Shown piece by piece: positions 58,083-64,000 of a DNA stretch of 64,000 nucleotides; the stretch's first letter is position 1; each line of letters begins with the position of its first letter. The stretch lies in NCBI GenBank assembly GCA_031372065.1, contig JANMKN010000043.1, positions 9,084-73,083 on the forward strand, given 5' to 3'. A model generated the notes under the pieces. It did not search any database. It was given only the letters and a program-made list of their open reading frames with translations, and was not told the origin of the DNA. Origin of the DNA: Abditibacteriaceae bacterium. GTDB taxonomy: Bacteria > Armatimonadota > Abditibacteriia > Abditibacteriales > Abditibacteriaceae. Position numbers and translations under genes: made by a program.

Positions 58083-60656
58083 TTAGCCGTTGATCGTCAC
58101 GCCAAAGGTAATCACAGCCGATTGGCCGGGATTGAGCGTGCCGATGTTGAATCGCAATGAGCCAGCGGCGTTATTAGCGGGCGTCGCACCATTGGCGCCT
58201 GTCGCAGCCGTAAAAGCTCCACCATTGACCGAGAAGCCGCCAACGCCTGTGATGGTATTGGTGCCGTCGCCGATGTTATAGGTGGTGAAAGTCGGTGTGG
58301 CGTCATTGACAACCACGTTGGTCACTGGCGCGCTACCCGTATTGGTTACCACAATGCGATAACGCACAATGCTGCCGGGCAGGGCGGTTTGGCGGGCCTG
58401 CGTGAACGGGCCGCCATTGACCGATTGGAATTTGTCCACTTTCAGGTCACCCGAAACCACGGTGGTGGTGTCAGTGGCCGTATCGGTGGAAACGCCATCT
58501 GTGCCAGTGATGGTCGTCACGTTGACCGAACCATCGGAAGCGCCCGCCGGAGCGAAGACGCGCACGAAGATGGGAATGCTGACGCCGGGTGCCAGCGAGG
58601 GAATCGTAGTCAGTGGGATCGCGGCTTCGGCGGGATCAAGGATGCCGTTGTTGTTGGTGTCCTGATAAATCACGCTGGTGAAGCCGGGCTGCGTGTTGAT
58701 TCCGGTCAGCGCCACATTGGTCAACGTGGTGTTACCCGTGTTGGTGACTGTGTGCTGATAGGTAATCGCGCTGCCTTGGAAGACCTGGCCGGTGTTATTC
58801 GGTTCAACGCTGATGCCATTGACCGGATTGACCGTTACGCGATCATGAATAATGTCGGCGGAACCCGTCGTTGGCGAAATGGAACGGAAGAACAGTTCCA
58901 CGTTGCCCGGCGAAGCGTTGGCCGGAATCGTGATGCGCGCCGTGAGGTTAGCCGAAGCGCCGGGCGCCAAAGTGCCGGTATTGGTGACAACTGCGCCAGT
59001 GGAATCCACGAAGACAACCGTGAAGCCAGCAGGTAGGCCAACCGGTGGTGAGAAGACAGCCGTGTTCGACACTTGCAAATTGTAGTTGTCGGGCACAGGG
59101 CCGGTATTGACGACCACGACAGGAATCGTCACCGTCGCGCCGGGGTTGCCAGTGACTGTTGTCACGGGAGCCGCTTCAGGGCCAGCCCCTGTTCCTGCAC
59201 CAGCCGCATTCCGAATGTCCACGCTGGCCGCAGTAATAGCGGTTAAGGTGTCCGTTGCCGGATCGCTCACTGACGGATTATTGGTTGACGTGGCGATCTT
59301 GTTAATACTGAAGGGGCCGCCAGTCGCTGGGCCGGGTAGTGTCACTTGTAACACTACATTGTAAGTGCCGCCAGCCAAAACGGGGCCGGTATCGGGGATG
59401 CCGTTGCCGTTTGAGTCAAGTAGCGGTGTTACGCCATCGCTTTGATACAACTTGTAAGATGAGCCAGCCGGGAAGGTCGAAGCCGCCGTATTCAGCGTGA
59501 TGTCGAAGGTGTCGGTGCCGTTGCCCGTGTTGGTCAACAAGTTGGAGAATGTTACCACGCCGCCTTGCGGGACGGTCGCCACTGTTTGTCCATCGAAGGT
59601 TACGCCTGCATTCTGGGTGATGGTGAAAATCACCGTGTTCGACGTGCCGTTTTTGTTCGGTGTGGCACCGTTGTTATCGTCGTCGTAGCTAAAGTTCGCC
59701 GTGTTAGGAATTGTGCTGGGCGGAACGTTGGCGTTCACGTTCACTTGGAACGTGACGCGTCCTGTGGCACCAGCGGGAACTGTGGCAACGACGGCTGTAA
59801 CAGTGCCAGCCGCGAAGCTGTAATTGATGCCTGCTGGGTCGCCGCCTGCCGGATCAGTCAGTGGCGTGGCGCCCGAAGCGCTCCAACGTCCCGAACCGGC
59901 CACATAAGTCATACCGGTGGGCACTATGTCGGTCAATTGCAACGCTGTCGCTGCTTGGTTGCCGGTGTTGGTATAGGTCAAGGTATAAGTGCGTGGGCCG
60001 CTGGGCGAAGCGCCTTGCCCCACGTCAATGCTCTTGACCACATTGATAACCGCGTTGACCGAAACCGTAACGGTATCCGTATTGGTGACAGTCACCGTAT
60101 TATCAAAACCGCTGGTCGCTCTTACCAGAACGTTGGCCGTTTGGCCTGCTGTGGCCGTCGGCGGCACAACACCAGCGACAACGAACTTAAAGTTGGCGCC
60201 AGCAGCCAATGGGCCGGTTGAGGTAATCGGCGTGTTATTGTCTGGCACACCATTGCCATCGGCGTCGGCATACATAACCGGCACGATGTCGAAGTTGTCT
60301 CCGCCCTGATCAACCACAGTCAGCCCGATGGTGTCGGTGCCGTTGCCATTGTTGACAACCGTGTGCGGAAAGTAAATCGGGCTACCGGGAGCCGCGATTT
60401 TGGAGTTGTTCGCCGTTAAACTGATAGCGGCGACTTGCTGCACTGTCGTTTGCACAGTGTTCGATGTGGCAGTGCGCGTGACATTGGAGCCATCCGTATA
60501 GGTGGCGGTGGCTTGGTTTCCAATAACAGAGTTAGCCGGTGGCGGCGTCTGAGCGCGGACTGCGCCGCTAAATGCACACAAAAAAACCGCTACAGCGAAG
60601 ATCGTCAGTAACGGCTTGAATTGTTGCAGGATGCGGCAAAAATTGCTTTGCGTCAT
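58083..60656 (-). CDS. Secreted DUF11 repeat protein, putative major fimbrial subunit
   Basis: AAAGGAG RBS, signal peptide, T/N/G-rich Ig-like repeats, one complete and one truncated DUF11 domain. Confidence 0.85.
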   Translation of the reverse strand: MTQSNFCRILQQFKPLLTIFAVAVFLCAFSGAVRAQTPPPANSVIGNQATATYTDGSNVTRTATSNTVQTTVQQVAAISLTANNSKIAAPGSPIYFPHTVVNNGNGTDTIGLTVVDQGGDNFDIVPVMYADADGNGVPDNNTPITSTGPLAAGANFKFVVAGVVPPTATAGQTANVLVRATSGFDNTVTVTNTDTVTVSVNAVINVVKSIDVGQGASPSGPRTYTLTYTNTGNQAATALQLTDIVPTGMTYVAGSGRWSASGATPLTDPAGGDPAGINYSFAAGTVTAVVATVPAGATGRVTFQVNVNANVPPSTIPNTANFSYDDDNNGATPNKNGTSNTVIFTITQNAGVTFDGQTVATVPQGGVVTFSNLLTNTGNGTDTFDITLNTAASTFPAGSSYKLYQSDGVTPLLDSNGNGIPDTGPVLAGGTYNVVLQVTLPGPATGGPFSINKIATSTNNPSVSDPATDTLTAITAASVDIRNAAGAGTGAGPEAAPVTTVTGNPGATVTIPVVVVNTGPVPDNYNLQVSNTAVFSPPVGLPAGFTVVFVDSTGAVVTNTGTLAPGASANLTARITIPANASPGNVELFFRSISPTTGSADIIHDRVTVNPVNGISVEPNNTGQVFQGSAITYQHTVTNTGNTTLTNVALTGINTQPGFTSVIYQDTNNNGILDPAEAAIPLTTIPSLAPGVSIPIFVRVFAPAGASDGSVNVTTITGTDGVSTDTATDTTTVVSGDLKVDKFQSVNGGPFTQARQTALPGSIVRYRIVVTNTGSAPVTNVVVNDATPTFTTYNIGDGTNTITGVGGFSVNGGAFTAATGANGATPANNAAGSLRFNIGTLNPGQSAVITFGVTING

Positions 60657-60824
60657 GTTCACTCTCCTTTGAGTGGGGGAAATGGCACTGCGAAACTACA
60701 AAAACGAAACGTCAAAATTACTGTCTTACGACGGGATTGGGCGAAGGTTTTCGTGGTCAAATCTGCTTACGCAACCTCGCTTCACAAACCGCTGCTGTCG
60801 CAGAGCGATAAAAGAGGCGAAGTT

Positions 60825-61397
60825 TTAGCGGCCCGCCTCCTTTCCCACCGTGACTGTCTCGGCGGACTTGGACGCAGATTTAACAGGCCCCAAAACGCGG
60901 ACGCGGGCGAAGACCGTGACTTTTTTGCCAGCGGCCAGTTCGCTTATGCTCCAACGCAGGGCGCGGTATTGGCTAAGAGGAATTAGTTCGACTTTGGTGC
61001 TGCCGTCAGCGCTTTTGCTAACGCGCTTAAGAGGCAGCGAAGCGAAGGTTTTGCCGTCGGTGCTAGCTTGCGCATCATCCGGCAGAGCGCTGCCCGACAC
61101 GAATTCCATGCCACCGGGAATCGGCAGCGTGGCGGCTAAATTTTTCACGCTTTGCGTGCCATTGTTGGCATAGCGCGCCTGATATTCGATGGTTTCGCCC
61201 GGCTTGATTTTATCGGCGGCTGCCAATTCGTCTTTTTCGCCTTTGGCGACGATTTTATAAGCCGTCAATTGCACATCAACCGGCCCTTTGCCCGCTTGTG
61301 CCCACAGAACACTGGTGCAACCAATTCCTGCCAAAAATCCAATAGCACACGTCAAAGTGCGGCCTCGTGCAAGAAATGGCTTGTTGAGATTTTTCAT
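60825..61397 (-). CDS. Small secreted single DUF11-like protein, putative chaperone
   Basis: AAGGAG RBS, signal peptide, PGETIEY...N.G....NL....PIP.GM.FV.GSA...LRW.I..L.AG. Confidence 0.8.
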   Translation of the reverse strand: MKNLNKPFLARGRTLTCAIGFLAGIGCTSVLWAQAGKGPVDVQLTAYKIVAKGEKDELAAADKIKPGETIEYQARYANNGTQSVKNLAATLPIPGGMEFVSGSALPDDAQASTDGKTFASLPLKRVSKSADGSTKVELIPLSQYRALRWSISELAAGKKVTVFARVRVLGPVKSASKSAETVTVGKEAGR

Positions 61398-61478
61398 GAA
61401 ACTCCTTTTGTCTTTTTGCCCTGTGACACCAGCATTGCCTCATAATTTGCGAGGTAGTAGGTGCAAACAACTTTTCCC

Positions 61479-61484
61479 ATTATA
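61479..61484 (-). promoter_or_regulatory. Candidate sigma70 -10 box of the DUF11 operon
   Basis: Perfect TATAAT on the minus strand about 80 nt upstream of the first gene, in an AT-rich divergent region. Confidence 0.45.
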
Positions 61485-61771
61485 ACCTGAATACCGGTTT
61501 TTGAAACAATATCTCTTCGAGTATTTTTGGCCAATTATAGATTTTTTTGCAATTGCAAATTGCAATGAAATATCAATATATTGTGCTGTGAAAAGAATTG
61601 AAGGCCGTATGTTGTGGTTTTTGCATAGATGTTTTAGTATGATAAAACTGGATTTCAGTGGTGAAGCGAGAAAGCGCGGTTAAAATTAACGCATTCTTCA
61701 CATCACCGTAATCGAATTCGAGCAAAATAAAGTGTCGGTAGGATTTGCAGAAGATGCAGGAGAAACCCGTC

Positions 61772-62650
61772 ATGTCACAAACAATGGCCCAAAACGCCCG
61801 TCAGAACAACCACTCAAACAGATTGCACCGAGCTTTTACGCTCATTGAACTCTTGGTCGTCATAGCGATAATAGCGCTCCTCGCGGCCATTCTGTTTCCC
61901 GTTTTCGCCCGTGCTCGTGAAAATGCGCGCAAATCAAGTTGTCTGAACAATTTGAAGCAGATTGGCCTTGGCTTTCAGCAGTATTCACAAGACTATGATG
62001 GCATGACGCCCGGTTCCAGTAGCACTGGTGGTAATGCCTCGTGGCCGAGTTTGTTGATGCCTTACGTTAAAAGCGAGCAAATTTTCGCGTGTCCTTCGGG
62101 CACAACCTCTCCTGCCATTCGCAGCGATGTGATGCCCGCTTCAACGCGTGCTTATTGTGGCACTACTTCCAATGGCGATGGTTCAGCAACGGCGGAGAGG
62201 AAGTTGAATTTGGGCCTGTCTTATGGCGTTAATGCCATCACGGTGACCGCAACGTCTAACTTCACTACACCGGGTTTCACAGGGACAACAAGCGCACCGG
62301 GCGCAAATGGGCCAAAGTGCGGTTATGTAACGCCCGGCAACACGACTACTGTTGGTTTAGCGGACAGTGACGTTGAAGACCCGGCGGGCACAATCCGCGC
62401 TTTCGATTCGATGGCCGGCAGTGTTGGTGCCACAGATTGCAATCACGGCAATTCAATTCGCGCCATCAGTGCCGAAGATCGAACGGATCGCACTTTAACA
62501 GATACGGCTTCCAAAGTAGCACGGCGCCATTTTGAGGGTTTTAATGCCATGTATGGCGACGGACACGTTAAATATTACGTTAAGTGGGGCACAACCAAGG
62601 CTTCCGACTGGACAATTCAGCGCGATAATCCCGACGGCACACCGAAATAA
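61772..62650 (+). CDS. DUF1559 prepilin-type protein with H-X9-DG domain
   Basis: [37 protein letters not shown] and [16 protein letters not shown]. Confidence 0.92.
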   Translation: MSQTMAQNARQNNHSNRLHRAFTLIELLVVIAIIALLAAILFPVFARARENARKSSCLNNLKQIGLGFQQYSQDYDGMTPGSSSTGGNASWPSLLMPYVKSEQIFACPSGTTSPAIRSDVMPASTRAYCGTTSNGDGSATAERKLNLGLSYGVNAITVTATSNFTTPGFTGTTSAPGANGPKCGYVTPGNTTTVGLADSDVEDPAGTIRAFDSMAGSVGATDCNHGNSIRAISAEDRTDRTLTDTASKVARRHFEGFNAMYGDGHVKYYVKWGTTKASDWTIQRDNPDGTPK

Positions 62651-62667
62651 GATTTGTAAAAACCGCA

Positions 62668-62706
62668 GACAAAGAGCAGAAAACAACTTGTTTTCTGCTC
62701 TTTGTG
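62668..62706 (+). terminator. Hairpin after the prepilin-like gene
   Basis: acaaagagcagaaaaca-act-tgttttctgctctttgt. Confidence 0.7.
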
Positions 62707-62720
62707 TTCTAAGTAGCACA

Positions 62721-64000
62721 ATGAATCTGAAATTTTATTTATTGACACCGCTGTTTTTGGCATCTTTTGCTCAAGCACAAACTAAAATCGGCGCGGTGCA
62801 AGGTGTGGGAGCTAAATCGCCGGTGACGGGCAGAACCGTCGAAATTGAAGGCGTTGTGACGGGCGATTTTCAAGATGCCGACCAATTGGGCGGCTTTTTT
62901 ATGCAAGATAACGGCGATGGTGACGAAGCCACTTCGGACGCCATTTTCGTTTATGCACCGTTAAACCGCGCCGATTCTGTTGATGTGCAAGCCGGAAATT
63001 TCGTGCGCGTGAGCGGCATCGCCGAAGAATACAGCGGCCAAACGCAAATCGGGCGTCCAAAAGTGCAAGCGGTAGTGGGCGTTAAAGTCAAGCAACCGCA
63101 GCCAGTAGTTTTAAAGTGGCCGCTGCCCGTCGGCGTTTCGGCGGAGCGTTACGAAAGTATGCTGGTGACCTTGCCGCAGTCTTTGACCGTAACCAGCAAT
63201 TACGAACTGGCTTCTTACGGTTCGCTCACACTGTCGGCGAACGGACGCTTGTTTGTGCCGGGAGCGATGGGCGGCGATAAAAACACGGAAAGCGCGATGG
63301 CGCAGGAAAATACGCGGCGCGCTTTGGTTTTGGACGATGGACGCAGCAAACGCGGCTCGAAACCGGTGCCATATTTAAATGCAGAGGGCACGCGGCGTAG
63401 CGGCGATACTGTGGCGAATTTGACAGGGATTTTAAGCGAATCCTTTGAAGCGTATCGCATTCAACCAACCGTTGAACCGCAAATTACCGAGGCTAATCCG
63501 CGCCCACCTTTGCCGGCTGTTGGCGGCACTTTGAAAATCGCTTCATTCAACTTGCACAACTACTTTACGACGCTCAAACGCAGCGGAAACGAAGCGCGCG
63601 GCGCGGAAAGCGGGCCGCAATTAGCACGTCAAAGTGCCAAATTGCTGGCGGCTGTGCGCGCCATGAATCCTGATATTTTAGCGTGCATCGAAGTAGAAAA
63701 TAATGGCGAAAGAACCGTGCTGGACTTTTTAAGCAAACTCAACGCAGTGACAGAGAATGCTTACGCGTCCGTTGGCGCCCCCGCCACTGGCATAGGCGCC
63801 GATGAAATTCGCGTGGCGCTGTTTTATAAAAAAGACAAAGTCACACCGCGCGGCGAGGCAAAATCAGATACAACGCCTATTTTTGATCGCCCGCCGCTGG
63901 CGCAAAGTTTTTCAACTCCAAATGGCGCGGTTTTCACTGTTATTGTCAATCATTTTAAATCGAAGGGCAGTTGCCCCGAAAACGGTGATATAGACGAGGG
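62721..64000 (+). CDS. ExeM/NucH family extracellular endonuclease, 3'-truncated and absent from the ORF track
   Basis: Manual translation gives MNLKFYLL..AQAQTKIGAVQG....SP..G..V..EGVVTGDFQ...GFFMQD, ERYESMLV, IASFNLHNYF, EVENN, DRPPLAQSF, VNHFKSKG. Confidence 0.9.
   Translation, partial: MNLKFYLLTPLFLASFAQAQTKIGAVQGVGAKSPVTGRTVEIEGVVTGDFQDADQLGGFFMQDNGDGDEATSDAIFVYAPLNRADSVDVQAGNFVRVSGIAEEYSGQTQIGRPKVQAVVGVKVKQPQPVVLKWPLPVGVSAERYESMLVTLPQSLTVTSNYELASYGSLTLSANGRLFVPGAMGGDKNTESAMAQENTRRALVLDDGRSKRGSKPVPYLNAEGTRRSGDTVANLTGILSESFEAYRIQPTVEPQITEANPRPPLPAVGGTLKIASFNLHNYFTTLKRSGNEARGAESGPQLARQSAKLLAAVRAMNPDILACIEVENNGERTVLDFLSKLNAVTENAYASVGAPATGIGADEIRVALFYKKDKVTPRGEAKSDTTPIFDRPPLAQSFSTPNGAVFTVIVNHFKSKGSCPENGDIDE

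Noticed and set aside
61398..61430. c-di-GMP-I riboswitch (gtcacagggcaaa on the minus strand)
   Set aside because: The GAAA-tetraloop stem and the downstream GCAAAG/CUAA elements are missing; the sequence runs straight into the RBS.

Overview
Chromosomal window from a diderm bacterium of roughly 50-55% GC (by eye). The DUF1559/H-X9-DG prepilin-like genes, kdsA and general gene style suggest an Armatimonadota/Abditibacteriota-like organism (inference). It holds housekeeping genes (tRNA-Gln, rpmB, Mrp/ApbC, kdsA, surE, a cold-shock protein, YraN), signalling proteins (one GGDEF-EAL protein, three histidine kinases), a deoxyhypusine-synthase-like enzyme, a thioester alpha-2-macroglobulin and many secreted unknowns. 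The main result is a four-gene DUF11 operon (49069-61397, minus strand) whose domain boundaries suggest a covalently polymerised, donor-strand-complemented fimbria. The proposed parts are an outer-membrane barrel base (donor hairpin only), a shaft pilin (donor hairpin plus truncated acceptor domain), a tip (acceptor only) and a small acceptor lacking the catalytic Asp (candidate chaperone). Also notable: a four-helix-bundle gene looped out by 28-bp inverted repeats placed exactly between a stop and a start codon, intergenic repeat arrays with 21/41/42-bp periods, three exported proteins with Ada-like modules, and a candidate structured RNA. All calls come from reading the sequence; no database searches were run.
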